Below are positions 37,579 through 50,149 of a DNA stretch of 64,000 nucleotides, one piece after another. A program made the position numbers and the translations under genes. Each line of letters starts with the position of its first letter. The first letter of the stretch is position 1. The stretch comes from Chiloscyllium plagiosum. Its lineage: Eukaryota. Location of the stretch: assembly GCF_004010195.1 (NCBI RefSeq), contig NC_057750.1, positions 1,097,768 to 1,161,767 of the forward strand, given 5' to 3'. The notes beneath the pieces were generated by a model. It saw nothing but the letters and a program-made list of their open reading frames with translations, was not told where the DNA came from and did not search any database.

Positions 37579-38817
37579 TAGGCTATACTAGAGTCAGGGG
37601 CTGTATATGTGTAAATAGAGGGTGACTTGGTGACGGGGTACCAGCCTCTGTGGGGTTATGTCACTCACCACCGGGTCACCCAGCTCAGCGTTTGTTAAAC
37701 TCAACACAAGGACAGTTCCTGGTCTACATCAGGGTTCAGTCCCAGCGGAACCCACAGTGAATGTAGGAGCCTGAGTAAGTAATTCAGCTCCTCAACGCTG
37801 TCCCTGGTTGATGCAGGTGAGTAACTCTCGTGTTAAATTTGGAGTGATTAATTCTCAGATGATTAACACAGCTATGAACACTGAACATTAATTATTCATC
37901 AAGCACATAAACCTAATCATTGACGTATTAAACATGATGTTTTTCAAACTGTGCTAGTACAAGGGAGTAAAAATATATTAATGTTTGCTGACAGTTCAGA
38001 CTCTGTGGAAACCTTATTGCAGACTCCCCCCCGTCCCCCCATCCCCTCCCTGAGAGATCTGCTGTGTATGAAAATACATCACAAAAAGAGTCAAAGAGAC
38101 GGCGATGAGGAATTCAGAAACAGAGTTACGAGCAGTTGTTACATTGGAATACATCTTTTATGTGGATGTTCACTGACATGGGGCAATCATACAGGCGCGC
38201 TCAATAGATTTAAAGAGGGATGTTTGTCCTAGTAAAGAGACAGTTTCTGTTCAAACGCCTGTTAAATTGAGAGTAGAATTCAGAGCACTTTCTAAAGAGC
38301 AGATTGAGCTTGATAATTCAGTTGTAAGAAAGTTATCTTGCAATCGGGAGCCTTTAAAAAGAAATATCATCACAGAGGCTGTTTAAAATTTCCTACGACT
38401 GAACAGGAGCAGTGGTGCATGTCCCTGTTTGGAGAAGCACATTGCAACCTTGTAATCAGACTTCATATCCATACAATATCCGAGTGGGATTTGAAGGATG
38501 AAGAATCTTTCCAAAAATATGGGAAGATAGGGGAAAGTTCAGCTGCTGAGCCGGTAGCCTTTCTGAGCTCAGCCTCGCCTCTGTTTGCTGTCTAGCCTAC
38601 TGGCAAAGAAAGTGCTTCCCCATGTGCATTGTGTGAGGCACAGGTCAAGGGACCGAAAGCACCAATTGTGTTTCATTTCCTTTCGAATCAAGACCTTGCT
38701 GTGGGAATGGAAGATTACTTCTTCACCTCTGGAAATGCAACATTTTCCTGCAAATGAAATTCGGGTCCAGAGTCATCTGCAGTTTAGGTGGAAGATGTCA
38801 CTTGAGGGGTAACATTT

Positions 38818-39138
38818 GTGGGCGGCACGGTGGCACAGTGGTTAGCACTGCTGCCTCGCAGCGCTAGAGACCCGGGTTCAATTCCCGCCTCAGGCGACTG
38901 ACTGTGTGGAGTTTGCACATTCTCCCCGTGTCTGCGTGGGTTTCCTCCAGGTGCTCCGGTTTCCTCCCACACTCCAAAGATGTGCAAGTCAGGTGAATTG
39001 GCCATGCTAAATTGCCCGTAGTGTTAGGTAAAGGGGTAAATGTAGGGGTATGGGTGGGTTACGCTTCGGCGGGTCGGTGTGGACTTGTTGGGCCGAAGGG
39101 CCTGTTTCCACACTGTAAGTAATCTAATCTAATCTAAT
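38818..39138 (+). mobile_element. HE1-type SINE, full length, young
   Basis: Pol III A box TGGCACAGTGG (38831), B box GGTTCAATTCC (38875), V-SINE core ttctccccgtgtctgcgtgggtttcctcc, CR1-shared tail gggccgaagggcctgtttccacactgta, (taatc)n end. Confidence 0.95.
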
Positions 39139-39314
39139 TTCTGTTGGAATACAAAACAGAGCAAAGCCTTTTCTGAAATGGGGCTTTATTGGCTGATGAC
39201 TGCACTCGGTGCAGTCATGTATGAACTGATTGGTGAAGGCAGCATTTTCTTATCCGGGCACTGTCCCATATTATCTCCGATCTTAGCCAGAACTAGACCC
39301 AGTGTCTGTGTGTG

Positions 39315-39405
39315 CGAGGACAAAGTCAGAAGTTACATGATGCCAGGTTATACTCCAACAGGTTTATTTGAAATCACTAGCTTTCAGAGCGCTGCCCCTT
39401 CAGGC
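39315..39405 (-). mobile_element. Solo pLTR of the 24298-25263 PLE family, hammerhead partly deleted
   Basis: Minus strand ctgaaggggcagcgctctgaaagctagtgatttcaaataaacctgttgg matches 25144-25200. Confidence 0.75.
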
Positions 39406-40344
39406 TGGGACATTTCAGGATGTTCATGATCGAAGCTCAGATGTGAAACTGATGAAAAGCCAAAGGCTGAGTGAGGTTTTTCCATTGAACTGCACCTTTA
39501 GAATAAAACAGAAAATCAAGACTCACATCTATATAGCACCTGTATTGACCACCACTGTCTCAAAGAGTTTCACAGCCAATGAAAGCCATTGTCATAAACA
39601 GATCAGCAGAGTAATTGATAAAAAGTGGTGTAAATGGTAGAGAAGCTTAAAGCAAATTTCAGATTTGGTTTTTACAAGATGGCAATCAGCTGAGCTCAGA
39701 ATTTCAGAAACCATTTAATCTGCACATGCAAACACCAGGCATCATGTTTCAGCTGACAAAACAGTGACGGGCCTAACAGGACTTTCTTAATTTATTGATG
39801 GATCCGGTGTGTTCTGCAACCCTGTAATTTTTATCTAATTATTTCATAGCTCACTGTTCTAACCTCCACAGCTCAAGTCACAGCTGACAATCTGTCGTTT
39901 TCCATCTCCTTTTTTTCAAACTCTTAAATCTGCCAGCAAGAAATAATAGGTTCTATTTATCGGAGGCAGTTTCCCACTGGAATTAGTGGAAATTTTTAGA
40001 TTCCTGTCTGGAAGTGATGGGCGCTGTGGGGAAGGCCTAGGTGACAGCGACAGCAATACACATTGGCTCTGCAGCCCTACATCACTCTAATCCCTATGCA
40101 GATGAGACTGAAACCAATCACATCTCTTTGATCCCCTTTTGTGATGTACTCTGGAGTTTGGATTATTTGAGTCAAGGGATAATCTCACTTCACAGAGGCC
40201 ACAAGTGGCTGAGAAGAGAAATGAAAGTTCCTCAATTAATTGTTGAGAATCTTCTTTGAAAGAAAGAGCAGAAAGTGTTCCATTATAATTTTATAAAGTT
40301 CACAATCCCTTTAGTTTTGCATAAATCAAGCCTTGTAATGGAAC

Positions 40345-42295
40345 CTAGAATGTGGAACAGTACAGCACAGGAATAGACCCTTCAGCCCACAATGTCTGTG
40401 CCAATCATGCTGTCATTCTAAATTAATCCCATTTGCCTGCCCATGGTCATAGGAGCTAGGAGCAGGTCAGGCAGCATCCAAGGAACAGGAGAATCGACGT
40501 TTCGGGCATAAGCCCTTCTTCGGGCATAAGCCCGAAACGTCGATTCTCCTGTTCCTTGGATGCTGCTTGACCTGCTACGCTTTTCCAGCAACACATTTTC
40601 AGCTCTGATCTCCAGCATCTGCAGTCCTCACTTTCTCCTCATAGGAGCTAGGAGCAGGAATAGGCCATCTGGCCTCTTGAGCCCGCTCTGCCATTCAATA
40701 GGATCATGGCTGATCTTTTCATGGATGCAGTTCAACTTACCCGCTCTCACCATAGCCCTAATTCTGTTACTGTTCAAAAATCTGCCTTAGCCTCAGCTGC
40801 GTTTCTGGGCAGAGAATTCCACAGATTCACAACCCTCTTGGTGAAGAAGTTCTTCCTCAATTCAGTCCTAAATCTGCTCCCCCTTATTTTGAGTCTCTAC
40901 CACCCCCCAGTTCTAGTTCTTATGGTCCGTATCCCTCTAGTCTCTGCCTGTTCGTGTGTCTGTCTTAACGCCTCTTAAACATTGTTATCGTATCCACTTC
41001 TACCTCCTCCCCTGCGAGCAGGTTCCAGGCACCTATCACCCTCTGTGTAATAAAAAACTTGCCTCGCACATCTCATTTAAACTTGCCCCTCTCATCTTCA
41101 ATCCTATGACCACCAGTATTTTGCATTTCCACCCTGGGAAAAAGACTCTGACTATCCATCCTATCCATGTCTCTCCTAATGTCATATACTTTTATCAGAT
41201 TGTCCCCCAGCCTCCACCAGTGCAAACAATCCGCGTTTGTCCAACATCTCCTTATAGCCAATACGCTCCAATTCAGGCAGCATCCTGGTGAACCTCTTCT
41301 GCAACCACTCCAAAGACGCTATGTCCTTCCTGTAGTTGATAATCATAACTGCACACAATACTCCAAATGTGGACTAACAAATGTTTTATACAGCTGCAAC
41401 ATGACTTTCAAAATTTATACTCAGTGCCCCGACTGATGAAGGTAAGCACGCCATATATCTTCTTTACCACTTTCAGAGAGCTACAGACTTGCACCCCAAG
41501 ATTCCTCTGTATATCAATATACCTACGGATCCTGCCATTTACTTTCCCTTGAATTTGACCTCCCAAAATGCATCACCTCATGCTAGCCTGGATTCAACTC
41601 CATCTGCTACTTCTTTGCTCAACTTTTCAACTGCTCTATATCCTGCTGTACCTTTGACAATCTTCCTCATTATTCGCAATTCCACCAATTTTCATACCAT
41701 CTATAAACTTACTAATCAGACTGCCTACATTTTCAAACAGATCACTTACGTATATTACAAACAACAGCAGTCCCATTACCTGTCCTTGTGGAACACCACT
41801 AATCACAAACCTCCAGTCAAGAAAATACCCCTCCTCAACTGCCCTCTGTCTTTTATGACCAGGCCAATTTGGTAACCATCTTACCCACTCACTTTGAATT
41901 CCATGTGACTTAACCTTCTGGACCAACCTACCATGAGGGACCTTGTTGAATGCTTTAGTAAACTCCATGTGGACAACATCCACCACCATACCCTCATCAA
42001 TCATCTTCGTCACTTCCTCAAAAAAAATTCAATCAGTTTTATAAGACAAGATCTCCCCTGCACAAGACATACTGTCTTAATAAGTCCATATCTTTTTCCA
42101 ATTGTCAGTAAATACTGTTCCCAAGAATCTTCTCTGATAATTTCCTTCCTGCTGACGTAAGGCTCATCAGCCTATAATTTCTTGGACTCGTCCTTTTTAA
42201 ACAAAGGAACAACTTTGGCTATTCTTCAGTCTTCTGGAACTGTGTCTGTGGCTAAAGAGAAGAGAAGACAAAGATCTCTGTCAAGGTCCCAGCAA
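40345..42295 (-). mobile_element. CR1-type LINE with RT region, interrupted by a second CR1 3' piece (about 40640-40920) and the PLE mini-element
   Basis: ORF 41636-42013: VDVVHMEFTKAFNKVPHGRLVQK..GVPQGQVMGLLLFVIYVSDL..ISKFIDGMKIGG. Confidence 0.85.
40467..40638. mobile_element. Fold-back PLE pLTR mini-insertion with 20-bp TSD
   Basis: Arms 40461-40515 and 40522-40576 are reverse complements; TSD tcataggagctaggagcagg at 40447-40466 and 40639-40658. Confidence 0.92.
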
Positions 42296-42297
42296 TC

Positions 42298-42570
42298 ACC
42301 ACACACGCATGCGCACACACGCACACATGAGCACACATGCACGTGCACACACACATGAGCACACATGAGCACACATGCACATGCACACACACATGAGCAC
42401 ACATGAGCACACATGCACATGCACACACACATGAGTGCACATACACACACACGAGCTCATGTGCACACTCGCATACACGCATGTGTGAGCACACACACAA
42501 GCACAAATGCAAGCACGTGCACACTCACACACTTGCACAGTCACACACTTACACACACATGCACACACAC
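42298..42570. repeat. Compound CA-rich microsatellite (cacatgag/cacatgca units)
   Basis: Direct reading. Confidence 0.95.
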
Positions 42571-42574
42571 AGAG

Positions 42575-42790
42575 GTTATATTCACACAGCAAGCTCCCAC
42601 AAGCAGCAGTGTATTGTGACCAGTTGATATGGTTTTGTTCTCTGATGTAGACTGAGGGATACATTTTGGCCAGGTCTCCCAGGGGGACTTCCCTGTTCTT
42701 CTTGGAAGAAGTTCAATATGTTGAAATCTTTTATTTCTACCTGAGCAGGAGAGGGTCCTCTGTTTAATGTCTGTGATGAAGAAGCATACT
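42575..42790 (-). mobile_element. Deu-domain SINE (SacSINE1/AmnSINE1-related) fragment
   Basis: Plus strand cacagcaagctcccacaagcagcagtg..gaccag..tgagggatacattttggccagg..cttccctgttcttcttggaa is the reverse complement of the Deu-SINE core as I recall it. Confidence 0.6.
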
Positions 42791-42869
42791 AGACTCAAAC
42801 TGTTCACTCTGCATCTTTCTCCACAGTTGATGCCTAACCGTTTCTCGTTTTGTTTCTGATTTCTCGGAT

Positions 42870-44030
42870 CTGAGCTACAGGGAGAGTCTGAACAGGCTGG
42901 GGCTGTTTTCCATGGAGTGTCGGAGGCTGAGGGGTGACCTATGGAGGTTTACAAAATTATGAGGGGCATGGATAGGATAAATAGACAAAGTCTTTTCCTT
43001 GGGATCGGGGAGTCCAGAACTAGAGGTTTAAGGTGACAGAGGAAAGATATAAAAGAGACCTAAGGGACAACTTTTTCACACAAAGGGTGGTACGTGTATG
43101 GAATGAGCTGCCAGAGGAAGTGGTGGAGGCTGGTACAATTGCAACATTTAAGAGGCATTTGGATGGGTATATGAATAGGAAGGGTTTGGAGGGATATGGG
43201 CCACGTGCTGGCAGGTGGGACTAGATTGGGTTGGGATATCTGGTCAGCATGGACAGGTTGGACAGAAGGGTCTGTTTCCATGCTGTACATCTCTATGACT
43301 CTATGACTCTATCTGCAGTATTTAGCTTTGGGTCCCTGTGTATCAATTACAAAACACTAGCGTCCAAGTTCAGGTGGTAATGGGAAGGCGAATGGAATGT
43401 TGGCCTTTATTTCAAAGGTGATGGAGTATAAAAATAGGGAGGTTTTAGCAAAACTATACAAGGCATAGTCAGGCCAGAACTGGAATACTGAGCGCAGTTT
43501 TGGTCCCATTATCTCAGGAAAGAGAGACTGGCATTACAGGCAGTCTAGAGAAGGTTCACTCGGCTGATCCCAGATATGGAAGGACTGTTTTATGAGGAGA
43601 GGGTGAGTAGGTTGGGCCTGTACTAGTTGGAATATACAACATTGTAAGGTGATTTCTGAAACTGGCAAGATCCTTGGAGGACTTGACAGGATTGATGTGG
43701 AAAGGTTGTTTCCCCGTGTGGGAGAGTCTAGGATCAGGGAGCATGATGTCAGGGTGAGGGGTCACCCACTGAAGGCAGAGATGAGGAATTTCTTCTCTCA
43801 AAGGGGAGTGAATCTGTGGCATTCTTTACCACAGAGGGCTGTCCAGGCTGGGTCATTAAGTATATTCAAGGCTGACAGATTTTTGATCTGGAAGGGAATC
43901 CAGGATTATGGGGAAAAGGCAGGAAGGTGGAGTTGAGGATTATTAGATTAGCCATGATCCAATTAAATGTTGGAGCAGATTTGATGGGCTGAACGGCCTA
44001 CATCTGCTCCAACAACTTATGGTCTTATTC
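42870..44030 (+). mobile_element. Two adjacent CR1-type LINE 3' ends (42870-43312, 43345-44030)
   Basis: RDLRDNFFTQRVVRVWNELPEEVVEAG with (ctctatga)n tail; second copy LDRIDVERLFPRVGESRIREH..FFSQRGVNLWHSLP. Confidence 0.88.
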
Positions 44031-44609
44031 ATCTCCAAGCTTTGTTTACACCAGAAATAGTTCATTTATCCCTGCGGACCCCTGACCAATTTTAGAGGAT
44101 TTGCAATGTGTAAATCCTGCCTGGAGATTTGGCTTTTGCTGGTTACTATGATAGATTGCTGAGCCATTTCAGTGGTATATTCCTCTTCACCTAGTTAATT
44201 TAACTGAGTTATTGGAGCAGTGATAGTAACTAGCAGCTACATATCACAGTGACCTATCATACAGAGGGTGCCATTTTCAGATTGAGGTCAATGTGATTTG
44301 CTGTCAATTAATTCCACAAACAGGTACCATCCTCTGTGCTAAAGTGAATTACATTTTCTCAAGACAATGACAAAATGAAATGAAAGATCAGCATTATCAG
44401 TAAATCTTGACCGTAACAATATTCAATTAAATTCATTTTTTAAAATTGGTCATTTATTATGAGTTGCAATAGTGGAATTGTATGAACGGTTGAGACAAAA
44501 CCCATACAGACACGGGGAGAATGTGCAAACTCCACACAGACTCACCAAGAGTGGAATGGAACCCAGGTCCTGGTGCTGTGAGGCAGCGGTGCTAACCACT
44601 GAGCTGATG

Positions 44610-45830
44610 ATGGTGAGATGCTTTCTTGAACCACCGCAGTCCATGTGCTGTGTGTTTACCCACAATACCCTTAGGGAGGGAATTCCAAGATTTTGACCCA
44701 ACAAATAGTGAAGGAACGGTGATATATTTCCGAACAGGATGGTGAGTGACTTGGAGGGGAACTAGCAGGGGCTGGTGTTCCCATGTACCTGCTACCCTTG
44801 TCCATCTAGATGGAGGGAGTATGGGTTTGCAAGATTCGATCTGAGGAGTTTTGGTGAGTTTCTGCAGTGCGTCTTGTCGATGGTACACATTGCTGCTACT
44901 GAACATCGCTGGTGGAGGGAGTGGGTGTTTGTGGATGTGGTGCTAATCACGCGGGGGCTGCTTTGTCCTGGATGGTGTTGAGCTTCTTGAGTGTTGTTGG
45001 AGCTGCCCCCATCCAGGGCAAGTGGGGAGTATTCCCTCACACTCCTGACTTGTGTCTTGTTGATTTTCTTATGGACCAGATCAGATCCCCTCAAAATATA
45101 TTAAGAAGGTAGCCTAGACCCCGAATTTTCTTATTTTAAAGGTAAATGTCAGGTGCTGTGTCGCAGATGCAATTTGATTTGTCAATCCACTCAACATCAA
45201 GCAAAACATAATTTATGCAAATACTATAGTTAAAATGCAACAAAAGAAAGAGGAATTCAGAATTATTAACTCAATGGGAAAACTTAACAAAATAATAGAA
45301 TATTTTACTCCTAATCAGTAACTGTTCCAATATAGTAACATCCCATAAACATGCCCTTGGCAAAAGGCAACTTCAGAAAATAGACGTCTCCCAGGTCACC
45401 CAGCAGCAGGAAGAGAGTCCCCAGCTTCCTGCTGTAACTCAAAGGGAGAAAATGTTGCTTCCACTTCTTCAAGATTCCAATAGCAACTACTGCTGAAAGC
45501 TAAAACTAAAGGTTCTGGTTCTGTGAAAGTTTGACCCCACCCATTCAGGCTGCTTTTATTGTTCCAATTTCTAAAAGAAAACCCAAGGATTCACAAGCTG
45601 TTTATTCTAGTAGCTCTGGTAGACTGCTCAGTACATCTGCCTTAAAACCTTCTTTTAAAAACAACAGGACAAAATAACCTTTTAAACCACAGTATCACCA
45701 CACTGTGGACAGGCTTTGGAGAGTCAGGAGGTGAGTTACTCACTGCAGTATTCCCAATCCCCGACCTGTTCTTGTAGCCTCTGCATTTAGATAGCTGGTC
45801 CAGTTCAGTTTCTGGTTGTTAGAGATTGTG
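44610..45830 (-). mobile_element. L2/jockey-group LINE 3' fragment split by a solo-LTR-like insertion; preceded by an HE1 head (44500-44602)
   Basis: 44610-45060 matches 4040-5205; the LINE resumes at 45703 (gtggacaggctttggagagtcaggaggtgagttac). Confidence 0.75.
45069..45702 (-). mobile_element. Solo-LTR-like repeat
   Basis: About 630-bp block that interrupts a LINE, ends ..caccaCA, and is homologous at its ends to 29680-30441 and 62045-62710. Confidence 0.6.
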
Positions 45831-46899
45831 ATCCAGCATGAGGAGGAAGTGAGAGAAATGCAGACAGGCAGCAATAACATTCCTGACCTACTCCCACTCC
45901 ATCGACTGATGGTTGGGGAAGATAATGAAGCTTCTGAAGTGTCAGTTCAGACACACAATAACAGCAAAACGCAGTTACTACTCTGTAATGAGTGGAGTAC
46001 ACTCAGACTTCAATTAAGGTAATAACTTCATCTCAGGCAGAGGAGATATAATTTATGCAACTAAAATCAGTTCTGTACTACACACAGAGCAAATCTATAT
46101 TTATACATATTTCAGAACATTAATCTCTTTTTGGTCTTATGAACAACTTAATTAATTTGAAAATGGAATGACAATCTTCAGAGTCCATTGGCATGGTTCA
46201 CATATCTCTTCTTCAAAGAAAGAACTTCATCAGAGAGAGATGATATTAAACTGGAAACAAACATCCATTCCTCAGTGAGCTGCTTCCACTCAGACAGATT
46301 CCACTGGGTAGCAACATTTCATGGTAGCCTGTTCCACATCACTGACCCCTCACTTTAAATTCAAATGGCTACTAAGGACATTTCCCTTCATCTCATCTGC
46401 TGGGCAGTTCTGATTTGTCAGACAGACATAAGCGGTCCTCTCGTTAATTTTAAATACCAGGATGGAGAGTGAATACTAGATGGTCGAACAAGTGTCAGGA
46501 TCCAGTATGGATGTGATCTACAATCTTGAAGGTCGATTCTGGGAGAGTTTGACATTCTCAAAGAGGAGGAAGTGGGATATCTGATTGTCTGTTGGTTTGT
46601 GCCAGTTATGATCCTTAAGGTGCTGATCAAATGGTCTGTCTGGTGGAAAATGGAATTTTAACAGTTTTTTCCATTGAACGCAAATACTTTTGTGTGTTAC
46701 TATACATGCCATTGGGTTGACTCAGAGCCAAACAAAGCTGAACTGTTATCGGGTCAAGGAGTTCGACAGAACAGAAACAGACTCATCATCCTCCATGGCT
46801 GGTTGATACAAAAGTGTTGAACCGAAGGGTCTGTTTCCATTCTGTATAAGTCCATGACTCAATGGTTCCACAGAGATTACGTTGTTGATCTTTAAGGGT

Positions 46900-48110
46900 A
46901 CCCCATTCTCTCCCTAGTTTTTTTTTCAAGAGAAGGTAGATGGGATCTAAATGGATGTGTTTATTGATGGAGTTCTGGTTAGAATGTCATGCCTCTAAGA
47001 ATTCTCATATGTGTCTTTGTTTCGCCTGTCCTAGGATATGTGTGTTGTCCCAGTCAAAGTGATGTCCTTCTTTGTCTGTATGTATAGAAACTAGTGATAG
47101 TGGGTCATGTCTTTTGGTAGCCAGTTGGTGTTCACGTATCCTGGTGGCAAGTTTCCTTCTAGTTTATCTGATGTAGTGTTTTTTTAAAGTTCTTGCATGA
47201 TATCTTGTAAATGACGTTAGTTTTGCTGGTATTATCTAATGGGTCCTTTAGGTTACTTTACACAGAGGGTGGTAGGTGCCTGGAACACATTGCCAGCAGA
47301 GGTAGTAGAGGCAGGCACTGTAGATTCATTTAAAGTGCATCTAGACAGATACATGAGTAGTTCAGGAGCAGAGGGATACAGATACTTTGGAATTGGATCA
47401 GCTCAGGCTTGGAGGGCCGAAGGGCCTGTTCCTTGGCTGTAAGCTTTCTTTATTCTTTGTTCATTGGTCAATGTTTAAGTGTGTTGGTAGGTTTGTGGGC
47501 TACCATGATGCCAAGGGGTCTGAGTAGTTTGGAAGTCATTTCTGAGATGTCTTTGATGTAAGGTAATGTGACTATTTGGTTTGGTTGTGTTATGTCTGTT
47601 TGTTTGGGTTTGTTTCTGAGGAATTGGTGGATTGGGTTTATTGGGTACCTGTTTTTCTTGAAAACCTTGTATGGACATTTTTCTTCTGCTTTTTGTAGTT
47701 CTTGGGTGCTGCAGTGTGATGTAGCTCCTTGAAATGTCTTGATGCAGCTCTCTCTGTGGGTGTTGGGATGATTGCTTCATGTGTTTGTTGTTTTTCTGTA
47801 GACACTGGTTTGAAGGTCTCTGTTAACTATGTTCAACTGTCACATTTAGGAATGGGAGTGTTGTCATTCTCCCCCTCTTTTGTGAATTTGATGCCTGTCA
47901 GGATATTGTTGATGGTGTTATATGTTTTCTCTATTTGTTCCGTTTTGTGATGACAAAGGTGTCACCTATGTAGCGGACCCAAAGCTTAGGTTGGATAGAT
48001 GGGAGGGCAGCTTGTTCAAGTCTCGACATTACTGCTTCCGCAATGAGCCCTGATACTGGTGATCCCATCAGTGTTCCATTGATTTGTTTGTAGGCTTTGT
48101 TATTGAATGT
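46900..48110 (-). mobile_element. Penelope/Poseidon element fragment (RT C-terminal half + GIY-YIG) with nested CR1 3' piece (about 47253-47460)
   Basis: Reverse complement aligns by eye to 53440-54450: ..KQINGTLMGSPVSGLIAEAVM..LWVRYIGDTFVI.., GHHFDWDNT. Confidence 0.85.
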
Positions 48111-48499
48111 TGTGAATGTTTGGAATGCTGAACTGCAGAGAGCTGTGGATCATTGAGAATTTTCAAGGCTGAGGATGGAAAATGTTTGGACACAGAGAGA
48201 ATCATGGACAGAGCAGGAAGGTGGATGACAGAATAAAAATTATCAGCTGTGACCTTGTGACCTTATTGAATGCTGGAGCAGGTTCAAAGGACTGAATGGT
48301 CCCTTCCTATTGGTCAGCCGAAACTTCATTCACAATACTGCATTCCAGATATCCTATCTGTTTCCTGGATCTCAATGTGGATTTCCCAATTCACACATGA
48401 CTCTTAAAGTTCCGCTACCCCTTAGAACTGTACTTCATAATGGCAGCTAGTGTCTGTGACCAAGAAAGAGATTCACATGTGACCAATTCTTAATGATGA

Positions 48500-49310
48500 G
48501 GTGTTTAGTTTGACTTAGTATGGTAACATTCACACCACACAAAGGCCAGACTATGATCATCACCAATGAGAGACCATCTAACCATCGCCGCTTGATATTC
48601 AATGGTATTACCATCAATGAATTCCCCATTATCAGCATCCTGGAGTTACTATTTACCAGAAACTCAACTGGGCTAGCTATATAAATACATAGTGGCTACA
48701 AGAGCAGGTCAGAGGCAAGTAATACTGCAGAGGGTAACTCACCTCCTCACTCTCCAAAGCCTGTCCACCATCTACAAGGCACAGGTCAGAAGTGTGATGG
48801 AATATGCTTCACTTGCCCTGGATGGGAGCAGCTCCAACAACACTCAAGAAGCTCAACACCATCCAGGACAAAGCAGCCCCCGCTTGATTGGCTCCACATC
48901 CACAAACACCCACTCCCTTCCCCACCGACGCTCAGTAGCAGCAGTGTGTACCATCTACAAGATGCACTGCAGAAACTCACCAAAGATCCTCAGACAGCAC
49001 TTTCCAAACCCACGACCACTTCCATCTAGAAGGACAAGGGCAGCAGATACATGGGAACACCACCCCCTGCAAGTTCCCCTCCATTCAACATCATGACTTG
49101 GAAATATATTGCCGTTTCTTCAGTGTCGCTGGGTCAGAATCCTGGAATTCCTTCCCTTAGGGCATTGTGGGTCAACCCACAGCACCTGGACTGTAGCGGT
49201 TCAAGAAGGCAGCTCATCCCCACCTTCTCAAGAGGAAATTAGGGGCAGGCAACATATCCTGAGCCTAGCCAGCAACACCCACATCCTATGAAAAAATGAA
49301 TAAAAGAAAA
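48500..49310 (+). mobile_element. L2/jockey-group LINE 3' end
   Basis: LSTIYKAQVRSVMEYASLA..HRRSVAAVCTIYKMHCRNSPKILRQH..; ends ..cacccacatcctatgaaaaaatgaataaaa. Confidence 0.8.
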
Positions 49311-49704
49311 ATGCAAGCAGAGAAGAAGCTTTATTTCCAGCTCAGTTCAGTCTTTCTTAATTGGGCAGTAACTCCTGTGAGTGTGCACTTGTAAAACTAA
49401 CAGGCTTCATTACAGTGTGTGAGTGATTGACAATCTTCTGAAATGTCTCTCATTGATTAACTCAGGTTGATAGCTGGGTCCTCATTAAACAAACAGTGAT
49501 GGGCCAGGGCATCAGCGTTTTTTTCTCATTATGTCAAGTAGTTCTGCAGCTTGAACATCTGAATAAATGGTATTGTTCATGAGGACTCTTCCAAAGAACA
49601 TCAATCAGAATATATGCAGCTGGTCAAGTTTATTGTACAATCTCCCAACTCAGTGTGAACAGACTTTATATCAGACAATACATTCATCAATTTATATACC
49701 AGAG

Positions 49705-50040
49705 ACCCAGGTTCAATCCCATCCTTGGAGAGCTGTCTGTGTGGAGTTTGCATGTTCTCCCTCTGTTCATAAGATACTGGAGTGGAAGTAAGCCATTTGG
49801 CCCATCATGTCTGCTCTGCCATTCAATCATGGCTGATATGCTCCTCACTCCCTTGACTCCTTATCTCTTCAACACGTTACCAATTAAAAATCTGTCTAAC
49901 TCCTCCTTAAATTTACTCACCATCCCAGCATCCACCGCACTTTGGGGTAGTGAATTCCACAGATTCACATCCCTTTGAGAGAACTAGTTTATCCTCAACC
50001 CTGTTAGAAATTTGCTTTCCCTTATCCTAAGACTATGGTT
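49705..50040. mobile_element. HE1 SINE head (+, 49705-49765) abutting a CR1 3' end (-, 49765-50040)
   Basis: gagacccaggttcaatccc..gtggagtttgcatgttctccc, then cataaga..ggagtggaagtaagccatttggccc. Confidence 0.7.
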
Positions 50041-50061
50041 ACCTCACGCAGTCCAAAGATG

Positions 50062-50149
50062 ATTCCTGATGAAGGGCTTATTCCCAAAATGTCGATTTTC
50101 CTGCTCCTTGGATGCTGCCTGACCTGCTGTGCTTTTCCAACACCACACT
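50062..50149 (+). mobile_element. Solo PLE pLTR fragment with decayed hammerhead
   Basis: cCTGATGAAGGGcttattCCCaaaatGTCgattttcctgctcc..gctgcctgacctgctgtgcttttcc. Confidence 0.75.

Larger units (their letters stand above)
36975..37663 (+). mobile_element. Probable solo LTR, interrupted by an inverted Penelope pLTR
   Basis: TG start region, CAAT/TATA-like caatcagggagccctggctgacagataaaaagg, and end ..gtaaatagagggtgacttggtgacggggtaccagcctctgtggggttatgtCA. Confidence 0.45.

Noticed and set aside
38818..38900. tRNA gene
   Set aside because: A/B boxes belong to the SINE head, which continues into the V-SINE core and LINE tail.
42226..42664. Cys/His-rich ORFs (also 4224-4808 and 24563-24838)
   Set aside because: Translations of CA/TG microsatellites.
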